From NCBI GenBank assembly GCA_020137815.1, contig CM035362.1, positions 1,054,001 through 1,118,000 on the forward strand: 64,000 nt of DNA, read 5' to 3'. Source of the stretch: Hormiphora californensis (Eukaryota; Animalia; Ctenophora). Shown here piece after piece: positions 13,950-46,071 of the stretch. A model generated the notes under the pieces. It did no database searches, had not been told where the DNA came from, and was given only the letters and a program-made list of their open reading frames with translations. Both the position numbers and the translations under genes were made by a program. Each line of letters starts with the position of its first letter. Within the stretch, counting starts at the first letter, position 1.

Positions 13950-16900
13950 CCTGGTTTTAAACCGTAAAAAAAGTGCATACCACAGACGCGACGCGGAACA
14001 GCCGTCAGAGAACTTTAAACCCGTCCATTGGGGGACCCCAAAATAAATTTTACGCAATCGGCTTTTGGGGATTTTTCCTTGTGAGAGAAAAAAACAGGAA
14101 CAGGGAAAGGGTTGTTATTTTTCAACATACCCCCACCATGTGTATTTAGCGATTTAGCTGTTTCCTTTCTAGGGAATTCATAAAAGTAATTTTAAAGGCA
14201 CTTTTTTCCGAACCAATGTCAAATTCTTCTTCTCCCACTTTCTATATTCCATTCAATTAAAACCCAACAACTTGTAAAAAAACCGGTTTTGGGAGCTAGG
14301 AAATTTTAAATATTTGCAACCCCTTTTTGAAAAAGGGGAATGCCTGAGAAAGGTAACAGCAAATGATCAAAACCCCATCAAAATGAGAACAGATGTTTTT
14401 TTAAAAAACTAAACTGTCTCTGCATCGGGATTAATACTTTCCATATGTTTGGGCCGGGAAAATCTTTAAGAATTGTTTAACATGAATATAACCCAATATG
14501 CACGACTTTTTATCAAGGGGGGGAAAAAAAAAAGCACCCTTTTATCTGAAACCCTTTTTTAAAAGGGAAAAACCCTTGGGCCAAAAAATATATTTGGGGG
14601 TGACAAAACTCCTATCACGCGGGAATTATCAGCATTTTTAATGTAAAACTCAGGAATTAAAGCTTACAGAGGTATTGTTTAGTGTCTGACTGTGGTCTGG
14701 AAACCCCCTTTTCTATCTATGGGGATTTTTGGCCTTAAAATTTTAGATGGGCCAAATCAAATCTTATTTCGGAATCCAGGCTCGTCCTCGGGGCCCTTGA
14801 AGTCAAAAATAAAAAGAAAATAAAACTCCCCATGGGGTCTCGAAAAGCGTTTTAGAAAAGTTCTTGGGCGGGGGGGTTCGCCCCGACCAAAAACCAGTCA
14901 GCCCATGACTTTGACACTGTCCTCAAAAAATCTGAGTTTTCAGAAAAACTAAATTTATAAAGTTACCACAGACTTTGTGATCCCATCAAAAACTCCGGAA
15001 GTTATAACGATATCTATTGACTATTGAGATCGTGACACAGGGACGCGTGTGCATAACATGACGAGGGGAATGGTACAAAGACAGGTGAGTATGATTTGAG
15101 AATTTGTCAGCAACAATATCCGCTATCATCATGATGCAAAGAAATTCAGTTGTGACAAATGCTACTTGATGACGATACGTTACAACAAGCTGGCGACAAG
15201 TTTGGATTGGGGTTGGAACATTAATACCCCAGGTTGGGCGGCCCAAGAAATTGCAGTTACCCAACAAAGTTGCAGTGTGGGTTAAATAATAGGCTAGAAA
15301 TGAAAGTTCAACTTCTCTAAAAGATGAATTTAAAAACAACAATTTGGGGGGGGGAAATTTGGCCCTTTTTTTTTTAAAATTTTTTAAAAAATATTTATTA
15401 TTGAAAAAAATAGAGGAAGAGAGTTGGAGGAGGGAAAAAAGAGGGGGAAAAGAAAGGGGAAAAGAGAGGGGAGAAAAGAAAGGGGAAAAAAAAAAAGGGG
15501 GGTTTTTGGGGGGGGGGGGGGCCCCCCCCCCCCCCCAAAAAAAAAAAAAAAAAAAAAGAAAGGGAAAAAAAAAAAAAGGGAAAAAAAAAAAAAAAAGAAA
15601 AAAAAAAAAAAAAGAAAAAAAAAGTAAAAAGAAGAAAAAAAAGAAAAAAAACCAAAAGGCGCCCCGGGGCCTTTTTTTTTGGGGGGGGGAAAAAAAAAAG
15701 GGGGTTTTTTAAAAAAAAAAAAAGGGGGACCAAAAAATAAATGAGGGAAAAAAAAATTTTTCAAAAAAAAAATTTAAATTTTTTTTTTTAAAAAAAAAAA
15801 AAATTTTTTAAAATTTTTAAAAATTAACAAATTGGTTTTTTAACAGTTTTAATTCAATAAATAATATGGAAAACCCAAAACAGAAAAAAAAAGGTATAAA
15901 ACCCCTCAAAAAATATTTGGCTAAGTTATACAAAAAAACGGGTGCCCCAACGGGGGACTTTTTCCAAGGTTTTTTAAATTTTTATACTTCTCAATCGAAT
16001 AAGGCCTATTTTAATATAAAAATTTTACGGTGCCCAATTAAAATTGTTTTTTTGGGAAAGGGGGAAACCCACAATGATCAATTTTTAAAAATTTGAAATT
16101 TATAAAAACAATTTTTGTCCCCCTTTGGTCATTCATCAGGGGGTTGATTAGTGTAACATAGCTCAGAACCTAGGCCCACCCCAACCACGCCTAGATGTTA
16201 TAGTCCATCCCATCCATCTCTCTTTGTCTCTTCCTCTCTAACTTTTTAAATTGCCGTCCCCCCCACCCCCCCCAAAAACCGCATTTTCCTTTTTCGGGAG
16301 GTCCCCCCCAAAAAAAAAATTGAGGAATGCATCAAGGTAGATTCCATCAGGCCCAGAAGAGATCAAGAAACTATCTAGTGACTATAATAAGTCACCAAAA
16401 GGCCGAAATATTCCCCCGCAGGTTTAATTCCCGACGCTCTGTCCTTGATCTACTCACCCCCCCAATCGTTTCAGGGCCCATTTACGACCATATCTAATTC
16501 CCCCTGCAGTGAAAAAGGGGAGAAAGAGGGGACACTAGGCTGCAGCCTCGGCCACTCAACGCCCCCTTTCCCAGATAGTTATAGGGGAGGTGATGCATTT
16601 TACCAAAACCCCGCTATAAAAAGAACCTTTTGGGAGGGGTTTTCTCAGTGGGGGTCAAGTGAAACAACAGGCCCCCTTTTGTCTGGTTGCTACTGATATA
16701 CTAAAAACCGCTACAAAAAACACATGGGGCTGTCTACTTTCGGGGGTCTCTCATCTCTCTGTCGAGCTGCTGGGGTCTGTTTGCGGTTAGCCCTTTTTCG
16801 TTAACTCCTAGATAGCGTTAGTTCCTTGGGTTGGGGGGAGTAGGGTTAGGGAAAGGGGTTGGAGAGAGGGGGGAAAGAAATAAGAGAAAGGAAAAAGAGG

Positions 16901-17095
16901 AAAAAAAGAGAACCCCCGGGGGGGGGTTTTTGGGGGGGGGGTTTTTTTTAAAAACCCCTTTTTTTGGGGGGGGGGGAAAAAAAAGAAGGGGAGAAAAAAA
17001 AAAACCCCCCCGGGGGAAAAAAGGGGGGGGGGGAAAAAAAAAGGGAAAGGGGGGAAAAAAAGGGGAAAAAAGGGTAAAAAAAAAGGGGTGGGAAA
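13950..17095. other. Low-quality, homopolymer-inflated consensus sequence (worst at ~15340-15830 and ~16880-17095)
   Basis: Long runs of A, G, C and T in succession (e.g. GGGGGGGGGGGGGGGCCCCCCCCCCCCCCCAAAAAAAAAAAAAA), unlike the flanks; typical of unpolished low-coverage long-read consensus. Confidence 0.85.
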
Positions 17096-17886
17096 AGATA
17101 TCAGGAAATTTTTGTTTGATTTTGAGCGTGATATTTTAGCTACTAGCTTCATACAGACCACAGACTTAGTACAGGTTGCAACACCGTTCTGTCGTGCGGC
17201 AGAGTTTGTACGCTATAAACCTAGAGCCACACAACACACACACACATACAGTGTATTTATAGGGGGATGGGATGGATGGGTCTGCGCTAGTTTACTGCCT
17301 TTAACCTAGACGAATCTTCTATCATGTTTCTCCTATTTTCTCCAAATTAATCCACTTTCACAAATCCAATAATAAATGCCTGATCGTTCTCTCTTTGTAA
17401 CTTGTACACAAGGTGGAAATGCTCCTTCATGATGATTCAGTCATCTCTGCGGTTATGAATTTTCAGAGCTATTGTTTGTGACTCAGTTACGATCCGAATC
17501 TAAAATGGACATTTATGATTTGTGACAGTTTTGTTCGTTGTTTATTGGCTATGGAAAATGATATTTTTAGTTTGTTTGGGAGAGTTAGAGGATAAGAGGC
17601 TTTTTAGGAGGACATCAGGCATAGACTCAGTTTTCAAGCACATGGTTCCATGTTTGAAAAAAGAGTGCTACAATTGCAAGGCTATGCACTTTATTGCTAA
17701 ATGGATACCAGCTATTGATAAGACCATTAGATAAGACCATTATCACATCGTACTTATATTGCATGCCCAGTTGTTGAATCCAACCTTGGATTTGTTTAAT
17801 AAGTTGTTTATATGTACTGATAATGAGAGTTAAAACTACATTTAAGCTAATTAATTACTAATCCAGTTAATTAGAAATCAGTAATT

Positions 17887-19021
17887 ATGGCTGTCCTTAC
17901 AATGGTACACTACCCGAATATAGTGGATTGACACAGTTTCGGATTATACGCCATTCTCCTATCCCTTATTTCTTTTCAGCAAACGGCGTGGTTTTCTGCC
18001 TACTTCTCACACACAGGTTGGAATAATTTAGATATTAGAAATTAAATGAGCCTGCTAACTTCTTAACATGATGTTTTCCATAACTTCTAAAAAAGGATTT
18101 ACAAGTTTCCCACAACTCCCAGGAGTGCAACAAGTGTTTCTCTACACCTTCCTCCGCCGCATCTGACTTCATCGTCCTACTGATAACCCCCTTGTTATCG
18201 CCTACTCTTTCCTCAAACCCCCCTCACCAACCCTCACCTAAACATGGTCCTAGCATCCATCACCTCAATATATGTAACGTCGCATTCAACCTATCTAATT
18301 TCTAGTGACAGTTATATCTGTCCACCGTTTGATAGCCCTGGCCTACCCCTTCAACCCATGAGCGAGAGAACGACAAAAGTATATCCTCAGAGTATCTATT
18401 TGTTTGTGTGTCGTTATCTTGGTAGTGTCTATCACACCGTCATCATTCAATGGTGAGTCCAGTATGGTATTGGTCAGTCTCAGTTCGTATTTGGTTCCGC
18501 AACCAACCTTTATAGTGGACCCATCAGCAAAACACGATGCGTGGAATGTACATCTTACTAGCACTGGCGGGGATCATAATAACTGGATTAGTTTGTGGTG
18601 TTGAAACGTTCAAACAGGACTAAGTGAGGCAGAGAGAGAATTTTTAAAAGGAGTCTACAGACAATTACTAGCATGCTGTCTCTCTACCTTTGTACTAAGT
18701 TATGTTACCATTACTCTTTTGTACAACATTATTACTCTATCGGGAACCATTCCCATCGCCTGACAATTTGCAAGAAGTCAACTGGTAACTCAAGTTTTTA
18801 CCTATATCGGATTCCCATTTGGTTTCTTAACCCTATCTCTCGTTAATCCCATTATCCTGACTATGAGGAGTGGAGAGATCCGATCCTGGGTGAGGGATGT
18901 GTGTGCTGGTGGTAGGGGGCGACTAGATCTGGGGTATCTCAGGACCGCAGCAGTCTACAGGAGTTGATTCACTCAATAGGGTGGGTAATAAATCCACAAA
19001 TCTAAGTAAGCCCCTGTTTGA
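17887..19021 (+). pseudogene. Frameshifted mirror copy of the nested GPCR (32128-30987); probably an error-ridden duplicate rather than a true pseudogene
   Basis: Reverse complement of the intact copy with many 1-nt indels (ORF 18244 starts MVLASITSI then leaves frame). Confidence 0.7.
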
Positions 19022-20047
19022 GATATAGGAGTGATGATCAGTGACTAATGCCTGTATATGGACCTTCTGTTAATATTGTGTATAGTGTGGCTTTCAGACG
19101 AATGATTTTGCTGGAAGTTTTAAATGTAGAAGATATGTTATGATGTAAACTGGTACATTAATTAGAAGTATTTATTCGTAAGATAATTACAAGATCACAA
19201 AAGGTGCCAAGTTGGGGGACATGACACGACCAAGGGATATAAAGAGATTAATTACCATAGAAACCGCGTGTTGGGTCAAGATTTTTGGACCGTTGAATTT
19301 CAATCCCTGAAAGTTTCTCAACTGTGCAAAGTAAGGTGTCCACCAAAGTCAAAAGTGAACGTTCTGAAACTTTTTTTACTGGCTCCCCCGCTCCCTCATC
19401 ATACGCCTGCAAAATTTACAAACCACAAACTTCCATGTACCCTTATGTACTTCGAACTAACAGTACAATTGTATTGAATAGTCTCTTCTTCTTTTTGCAG
19501 AACCAATACCAATTGTTCTTAACTAACTCAAGTACTACTATGGGTGTATGTGCTCTCCCTTCCTGTATCTTACACTCACCCCGGCACCCCTCACCCTCTC
19601 CACAAATCGCAATGTCTGTTTCCTCTCTCGGACATAGTCGACTCATGGTTCATGGTTCATTAAACTCTTCCACCAAGTTTTATGTAACGCGCGATCCCGC
19701 ACGACACACAAAGTGGGTTTCTTCGCGCGGGGTTTTTGCGGGGTAACTGCCGCGCGCAGTTAGCGGCGTGTTGAAGACGACACACGGCCGGTTTTGCTGC
19801 AACAACGCAGAAGTGTGAGCCTACAGAAGATAAACACGTGGCAAGCAATATCTCTCTCGCTCTCTCTCTCTCCTCTCTCTCTCTCATTCACTCACTCACT
19901 AATCCTCTCTATCTCTCTCCATCTCCTCTTCTCTCTCTCTTCTCGAACGTGCTTGTTTAGTACGACAGTGTGGGACAATAAGATGAAAGTTAGTGGAGTA
20001 AAGAACAAGAAATGATAAGCCCAACAACCCAACACTAACCCCTTCAG

Positions 20048-22407
20048 TTGGAACGATTCTGGATGCAGTCCAACATTGTAGTCAGTGTGTTAGCTGGTAC
20101 AGGGTTAGGTGCATCCAACAACTAGCAGCAGATAGCTCCGAGTCAGTTAGAAAGTTTGTGAAGGGTGTCCTGTTGTTGGCTGCTTGTTCTCGCCTCATCT
20201 CACCAAATTGTAAGACTACTGCACTGGGCATGGAATTTTATCAAAAATAGTTTTTAGTTTTCATTTTTCATCTGCTTCTCCAAACTAACCAGTAACCGAG
20301 TCAAATCATACAGAGTCATAGAAAATCATACTATATATTCTGTACTTTCTAGTGTCATACTAACATCTTATACTTTCTGCAGAAGCAAAACTACAGAACG
20401 TGTGATCTGAGCAATAATCTCATTATGCATGATTACGGGAGGAAGCTACTTGATGCAGCTCCCAAGAATGCTGTGTTAATGGTCGAGGGAGATATGCCTT
20501 CCCTTACTACCAGGTACTTTCAGGTTTAGTTTTGGTTTCTCTTTCAGGTTGCTTTCACTTTTGACAAATTCACTTGTGACAAATTTACTTTCACTCTGCT
20601 GCTGCAGTGAAATTTGATTTGTCAAAAGAGTCTCCCCTCAATCCCCTCCCTCTTCTTCAGATACCTGCGGTACTGTGAGAACTACAGACCAGATGTAGAT
20701 GTTGTGGATCAGGAACTTATTGGATTTCCATGGTTCAAACCCATGCACCAACACATCTTTAAACACTACATTATCCCTTATGATAGGTAATAAAGAACTA
20801 TCAAGTTAGGTTTTGGCACTCACTTTCCCGAAGTTTTTGAGATGATTGTCTGGCAGCTCAATCACCCAGAATCCTAATAACTACCTTTCTTCAGGGAAAT
20901 GTATTATAAGGATGTTTTAGCACGGAAAGGAGATAACTTCGCTTTCTCGTACAACTTCAAAAATGTCTTTGATGTACACTTACAAGCAGGGTAAATTATT
21001 GTCTCTCACTTTAGTTAACACAACAATCTCTCTTTTGGTGGGTCTTTAGTTAAATTACAATCAACCCATTACCCTCTCTCTTCATTTAACCAGCCCCCCC
21101 CCCCCCTTCCTACAGGATTCCCCTCTACATTTACCCCTTTATGAAGCACAGTGATGAAGAATGGAAGAAGTTCTACGATCTTGTTCCTGTATCTTCACTT
21201 TATGAAGGTAGGATTTATCTGACTTGTCAACCTTTCTTTAGTCCAAACTAGAGTCTTGTTCGATCCCTGCTTGAACCTCCCCATTTCCCTTTTCAACTAC
21301 TACCCCCACATACAGTCCGGGCAAAAAGTAATGCGTATGAGTTGTCCAGTTATATCGACATAGTGGAAAACAGGGACTATAATTTCCATCCCAACATGGA
21401 TTACTGTGATGCTGCTCTCTATCCAGGTACCCAACTCACTACCTGGCCTTGTGAACTGAAGTTCATAGTTTTTGATCGCGCCCATTTTGGTTAGCAATAT
21501 GATTTATATTTTGTCCCCCGTACCTCCCCTAACATTAACATTATTCACAGAGAGGAGTTGGGAGTATGTAATAGCTGAATCGTGTGGTCACACGGCATTC
21601 TTTGCCTCTGAGCCGCCCACCGATTAGTACTGCAAATAGTGACCATACAAACCGGAGAGTAGAGCTATTATGCACCGGATACTCATGGTGAGATTACACA
21701 CAAAAAAACACCAGAAAAACCTGTCGCCCCCTGTTTTCAAGTGTGCTCAGAATGGGTCGGCACCACAAGACCACCCACCCCCATTTTCTCTCACCCCTTC
21801 CCCCTCCATAACAGATGTACAAGAGGGCTACAGATACCCTGACAGAGGACCTACCAGATGGTACAACCCGCCACCTGCACGGTGTGGATCATAACAAGAA
21901 TTACGGGGTCATGGCTTACCTTCTATATACAAGCTACATGAAGTAAGAACAGCTCGACAAGACATATTGGCAAAAATATTAGAAAACATATTATGAGAAG
22001 TGTGATTTAGTCAAGGAAATCACGGATTTTAGATGTAAAATTTTAGCGTAAAATGTACATCTAGACAAGCTTGTTCTTTCACACTTCTCTAACAGCTTAA
22101 CGTTTCAGTTTCCAGCCAAGGAACGAGGAAATGGCCTCTAAATACGCCAGGATAATGCATGAGCAATGGGATACGTATTTCAGTAGAGCTGGTCGACAGG
22201 TGATTGTAATTAGCAGCATTTAATTATGTAGTTACACTACCCAGCAGTCATTATCCCTATAGTCGCATTACATCCATGTAGTATCCCTTTGTCTCATTGT
22301 AACCCGGCTGTCTTCCTCTGCAGGACACTGATGGTCTCAAGAGGGTTATGCAGGATGCCAATTCAAGATTCAAGAACCTGCTGACTGATGATAAATATCT
22401 TCTGTAG
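20048..22407 (+). pseudogene. TMEM260: Partial mirror copy of TMEM260 (last 10 exons only, no 5' half)
   Basis: Exons LERFWMQ... to ...DKYLL* with intact splice sites; a few indels (e.g. ~20105, ~21612). Many synonymous differences from the minus-strand copy. Confidence 0.75.
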
Positions 22408-25400
22408 ATATCAGACTCATATCACCACATGGTGACATATATCTGGAGATGCTTACTAGCGCAGCATTTGGACTTACAATCAGAGACTTCCGGGAGTGAT
22501 TTGAGACGCTGTTTATTTAAAGAGACAGTTCAGATCGATATAGTATTCGGGACTGGAGTTTTAGTTTTAATTCGTTTAGTTCAGAAGGGTTTTTTTAGCT
22601 TCTTTTTTGTAACAACTATCGCCGTTTATGGGTTGAAGATTGTCGTTTTTGGTATCAGACCGCAGACGTATAATTTAGGCACAATGCATTATGTTATTGA
22701 GTTATAGTTATGGTTATAGTTATATGTATCTGCGAAATTAGTGTTTTGTTTTTTGCATATATTGGCTACGTGTTTTTTTTTTCAGAAGTTGTTTTTGTGA
22801 TTGAGTGTATCGTTAACTTTTATTTATTCTGCTACCCAAAATGTACGAGAGATATCACGTGAAGAAGTACCAATATGTAGATATAGATATAGGTAGATTG
22901 AGGTGATACTGATAGAGGTAGAGAACGGAGATGTCGGAGAGATGGATCTGATTTTTCTAAATGCCATGTTGTTCAGATTATTTCTTGCACTGCAGCTTCT
23001 TCAGCTATATCCGACTTTTCAACTTTGTACAATCGGTGGTGGAAATTAACTCACTGGCGCGGCCAGACCTCGTTTTGGTTCTAAAACGACAGTCAGACTC
23101 AGAAAGAGCAGGGCCTGCGCGGAAATTCAAAAAGGGTCTGAAGCTTCGTGAAGCTTAGCCCGTCTGAGTTTAACAGGCTGCTGCACTGACCTTTGCAGCG
23201 ACGCTAGCTGTGTTCTTGCACCTCGGGGAGAACTCCCCGCTAGCTGGGACTACCCGAGCTGTCTCAGAGACTTCATTACCATATTTACCTGCCAGAAAAG
23301 GACTCCGTGACACTGACAAATCTGACCCACTTTTTGGCGTGGTATTACGCGAATGTCTTAGGCAGTTCATTTGTATGAGATCAGGAGATCTCTGGGATAA
23401 GTCACCGGGAAATCTCCCGGAGGTGTAAGGAAGGCCCGTTATGATGCTAGAAATTTTCGACCCACTGTCACAGTTCCGTGAAAAAGACCTTCTAACGAAC
23501 AGTATGAAGAGTAAATAATAGTATGTTGAATTGTCAGATCACGACCATGGACGTGTACCATATTAGTGTTACGGGAAGAATATCAAGACGGCCAACGAGA
23601 GGGAGCCGGAGCTGGAGGAGTGGAGGGCTGGAGGGAGCTGGAGGGGCTGGAGGGAGACTGGAGGAGCTGGAGGGAAGGATCAGGGTGGGAGGGAGGAGCT
23701 GCTATCATGATCCATGTTTCAGATAAATAGTGTACTTTCTTTGATAGTCAATGATACCAGCTGTTGTATATAGTGCACTTTCTTGTCACCAGCTGTTGTA
23801 TCCATTATTGAAGATTGTCTAAATCAAACATATTCGTACTGCAGTACTGGGACAGTAGGAAATCCTCACTATAGAGAAATATTTCGGCGACAAAGAATCA
23901 TTTCTTTTTAATCTTTTTTTCTGGGAAATTTCTGCAGCAGAAAATATCCCCAGCAGCTGCAGCTGTAGAACTATAATAGAGAGAGGATCGAGCATTGTTG
24001 CAGTTATATTTGCGGCATCTCCTTCCCAAGACCTCTTGGCATTGGTAGTGGATTGTGGGCTATTGTTTCAAACTTCCTAACTAGGATATAATTATAATGT
24101 TCCAAGGACATATAATTGAGTCAAAGGGATGGGAGAGAGTAGTATTTTAAATTATTCAGATATCAAAATTTCACATGTGGTTGACATGATTGATATATTT
24201 GACCTCCAGTGGAATTTGAATTGTGATTCTATATCAGGACCATTAGCTCCACGATGCTGGTGGATTGATCACAGTGTTCGTATTATCTGATTAACTAAAT
24301 CAAAAGTTAACATCATATGATAGTTGTCTTGTTCATTGAATTGTTCTCACTAGGTTCTGAGAATTCGAACAGTGCGGTGAACCTTTCATGTTGATTTATT
24401 AGGAATATAATAATTACCGCCTCATGTCTATTTTATAACATTAGGCAGAACTGGAGTCGGAGCTGTCTCGCTTCCTGCGGGGTCTGGTGCAAACAATCAA
24501 AACTGATTTGGTACATGATGGTACTGATTTGGTACATGGTACTGATTTGGTACATGGTACTGATTTGGTACATGGTACTGCTGCAGTATAGTGGCTGTCA
24601 ATGTCTGGACCATGACCAGTGACCACAGAACCCGCTATCAGATCGAGCGTTTCCCAATTAGGACGAATCAATCAGACCAATTCCCACTCAATTGAAGTTA
24701 CTAATTATTAATTAGGGAATGGACAGTTAGGGCATTAATGCCTGATATAAATTATAAGTAGGTCTCTAAATGCACACCTAATATAAAGTTCTTTATCCCT
24801 TTGTGAAAGCTATATTTTTATTCCATTGGTCCAAGTGCACTCATCATATATTGCAAATGTGATGTAGTTTTGTATTTTAAGCATTCGCATCATATATAAA
24901 TTATAATCACAGCAATTATGGCTATAATGACAGAATAGTGACATCGATTACGGCCTGATATGACGCCATTACCCATCTCTTTACTCTATATAGACCGGGG
25001 GAGCTATCAGGCAGGAATCGCTGTCACTATTCTGTCAATAGCCATAATTGCGGTGATTATAATGTATATATTGATGCGAATGCTTAAAATACAAAACTAC
25101 ATCACATTTGCAATATATGATGAGTGCACTTGGACCAATGGAATAAAAATATAGCTTTCACAAAGGGATAAAGAACTTTATATTAGGTGTGCATTTAGAG
25201 ACCTACTTATAATTTATATCAGGCATTAATTGCCCTAACTGTCCATTCCCTAATTAATAATTAGTAACTTCAATTGAGTGGGAATTGGTCTGATTGGATT
25301 CGTCCTAATTGGGAACGCTCGATCTGATAGCGGGTTCTGTGGTCACTGGTCATGGTCCAGACATTGACAGCCACTATACTGCAGCAGTACCATGTACCAA

Positions 25401-26483
25401 ATCAGTACCATGTACCAAATCAGTACCATGTACCAAATCAGTACCATCATGTACCAAATCAGTTTGATTGTTTGCACCAGACCCCGCAGAAGCGAGACAG
25501 CTCCAGACTCCAGTGTCTGCCTAATGTTATAAAATAGACATGAGGCGGTAATTATTACATTCCTAATAAATCAACATGAAAGGTTCACCGCACTGTTCGA
25601 ATTCTCAGAACCTAGTGAGAACAATTCAATGAACAGGGCAACGATCATATGATCTTAACTTTTGATTTAGTTAATCAGATAATACGAACACTGTGATCAA
25701 TCCACCAGCATCGTGGAGCTAATGGTCCATGATATAGAATCACAATTCAAAATTCCACTGGAGGTCAAATATATCAATCATGTCAACCACATGTGAAATT
25801 TTGATATCTGAATAATTTAAAATACTACTCTCTCCCATCCCTTTGACTCAATTATATGTCCTTGGAACATTATAATTATATCCTAGTTAGGAAGGTTGAA
25901 ACAATAGCCCACAATCCAGCTACCAATGCCAAGAGGTCTTGGGAAGGAGATGCCGCAAATATAACTGCAACAATGCTCGATCCTCTCTCTATTATAGTTC
26001 TACAGCTGCAGCTGCTGGGGATATTTTCTGCTGCAGAAATTTCCCAGAAAAAAAGAAGATTAAAAAGAAATGATTCTTTGTCGCCGAAATATTTCTCTAT
26101 AGTGAGGATTTCCTACTGTCCAGTACTGCAGTACGAATATGTTTGATTTAGACAATCTTACATAATGGATACAACAGCTGGTGACAAGAAAGTGCACTAT
26201 ATACAACAGCTGGTATCATTGACTATCAAAGAAAGTACACTATTTATCTGAAACATGGATCATGATAGCAGCTCCTCCCTCCCACCCTGATCCTTCCCTC
26301 CAGCTCCCTCCAGCTCCCTCCAGCTCCCTCCAGCTCCCTCCAGCTCCCTCCAGCTCCCTCCAGCTCCGGGCTCCCTCTCGTTGGCCGTCTTGATATTCTT
26401 CCCGTAACACTAATATGGTACACGTCCATGGTCGTGATCTGACAATTCAACATACTATTATTTACTCTTCATACTGTTCGTAG

Positions 26484-26927
26484 AAGGTCTTTTTCACGGA
26501 ACTGTGATAGTGGGTCGAAAATATTCTAGCATCATAACGGCCTTCCTTACACCTCCGGGAGATTTCCCGGTGACTTATCCCAGAGATCTCCTGATCTCAT
26601 ACAAATGAACTGCCTAAGACATTCGCGTAATACCACGCCAAAAAGTGGGTCAGATTTGTCAGTGTCACGGAGTCACTTTTCTGGCAGGTAAATATGGTAA
26701 TGAAGTCTCTGAGACAGCTCGGGTAGTCCAGCTAGCGGGGAGTTCTCCCCGAGGTGCAAGAAACACAGCTAGCGGTCGCTGCAAAGGTCAGTGCAGCAGC
26801 CTGTAAACTCAGACGGGCTAAGCTTCACGAAGCTTCAGACCCTTATTTGAATTTCCGCGCAGGCCCTGCTCTTTCTGAGTCTGACTGTCGTTTTGAGAAC
26901 CAAAACGAGGTCTGGCCGCGCCAGTGA
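26484..26927 (+). CDS. Putative terminal exon of an unidentified gene convergent with TMEM260 (mirror at ~23053-23490 minus)
   Basis: Acceptor TTCGTAG at 26483. Combining both arms to correct indels gives an open ~145-aa Ser-rich frame (RSFSRNCDSGSK...MNCLRHSRNTTPKSGSDLS...NEVWPRQ*). No family recognised. Confidence 0.3.
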
Positions 26928-27571
26928 GTTAATTCCCACCACCGATTGTACAAAGTTGAAAAGTCGGATATAGCTGAAGAAGCTGCAGTGCAAGAAATAA
27001 TCTGAACAACATAGCATTTAGAAAAATCAGATACATCTCTCCGACATCTCTCCGTTCTCTACCTCTATCAGTATCACCTCAATCTACCTATCTCTATATC
27101 TACATATTGGTACTTCTTCACGTGATATCTCTCGTACATTTTGGGTACAGAATAAATATAAAGTTAACGATACACTCAATCACAAAAACAACTTCTGAAA
27201 AAAAAAACACGTAGCCAATATATGCAAAAAACTAAAACACTAATTTCGCAGATACACTATAACCATAACTATAACTCAATAACATAATGCATTGTGCCTA
27301 AATTATACGTCTGCGGTCTGATACCAAAAACGACAATCTTCAACCCATAAACGGCGATAGTTGTTACAAAAAAGAAGCTAAAAAAACCCTTCTGAACTAA
27401 ACGAATGTAAAACTAAAACTTCCAGTCCCGAATACTATATCGATCTGAACTGTCTCTTTAAATAAACAGCCGTCTCAAATCACTCCCGGAAGTCTCTGAT
27501 TGTAAGTCCAAATGCTGCGCTAGTAAGCATCTCCAGATATATGTCACCATGTGGTGATATGAGTCTGACAT

Positions 27572-45500
<17,929 letters not shown>

Positions 45501-46071
45501 GTGGCTAGTCTTGAAAGCGATTAGTTTCCTCTAAACCACTGCCAATGTCCAGTACAGTTCAGCAAATGAGAGAACCAGGTTAAAAAGAAAGAAAAATCGA
45601 AATCTTTTTTACAAGAAAAACAAAATCTCGGCTGAGCTCGAATCCACGAAAAAGAAAGAAGTAATGCGCGGCGTAGAATGCAGCGCATGTGAACGATTGC
45701 GCGCTGGCACAGAAAACAAAATTGAACTGAAATTTCGTAACGTAAAAAAAGTTCACAGTTTCAAGTTTCAAGTTTCAAAGAGCCTCAATCCTCAAGGTGA
45801 CACACAGCAGTCTTACCACAGCGCGAGAGGACAGCAACCAGTAGCAGGAGACACCCCGATATCAATAGTGAGATGTCCAGAGCAGGGGACATCCATTATC
45901 ACGAATAAAGATCATGCGTGAATCGTGATATCGGGGTGTCTCCCGGAGACAGTCTCCGGCTGCAGGCGCTGTCGTCTCTCGACTTAAATGCTGTGGTGAG
46001 CATCATGTGTCATCTGTGAGTCTCCTAGAGGCCTTTGTATAATTCCTACTGATCCAAAACTCCAATTTAGT
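45501..46071. promoter_or_regulatory. Probable bidirectional promoter/5' UTR region between TMEM260 and CIAO3
   Basis: Divergent start codons 571 bp apart; CpG-containing patch ~45665-45710. Function inferred from geometry only. Confidence 0.55.
45847..45943. repeat. 18-bp perfect inverted repeat (core of a ~160-bp MITE-like hairpin, ~45820-45983)
   Basis: GGAGACACCCCGATATCA (45847-45864) and TGATATCGGGGTGTCTCC (45926-45943), with weaker outer symmetry (GAGAG-GACAGC / GCTGTCGTCTCTC). Confidence 0.75.

Noticed and set aside
14986-15342. ORF fragments, including a CxxC motif on the plus strand (KKFSCDKC)
   Set aside because: Within low-quality sequence; too little to call a zinc finger or transposase.
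15344-17161. Poly-Lys/Phe/Gly/Pro ORFs (also 47201-47684)
   Set aside because: Translations of homopolymer-degraded consensus, not genes.
24961-25005. Possible sequencing adapter at the palindrome centre
   Set aside because: Loop does not match any adapter sequence I recognise.
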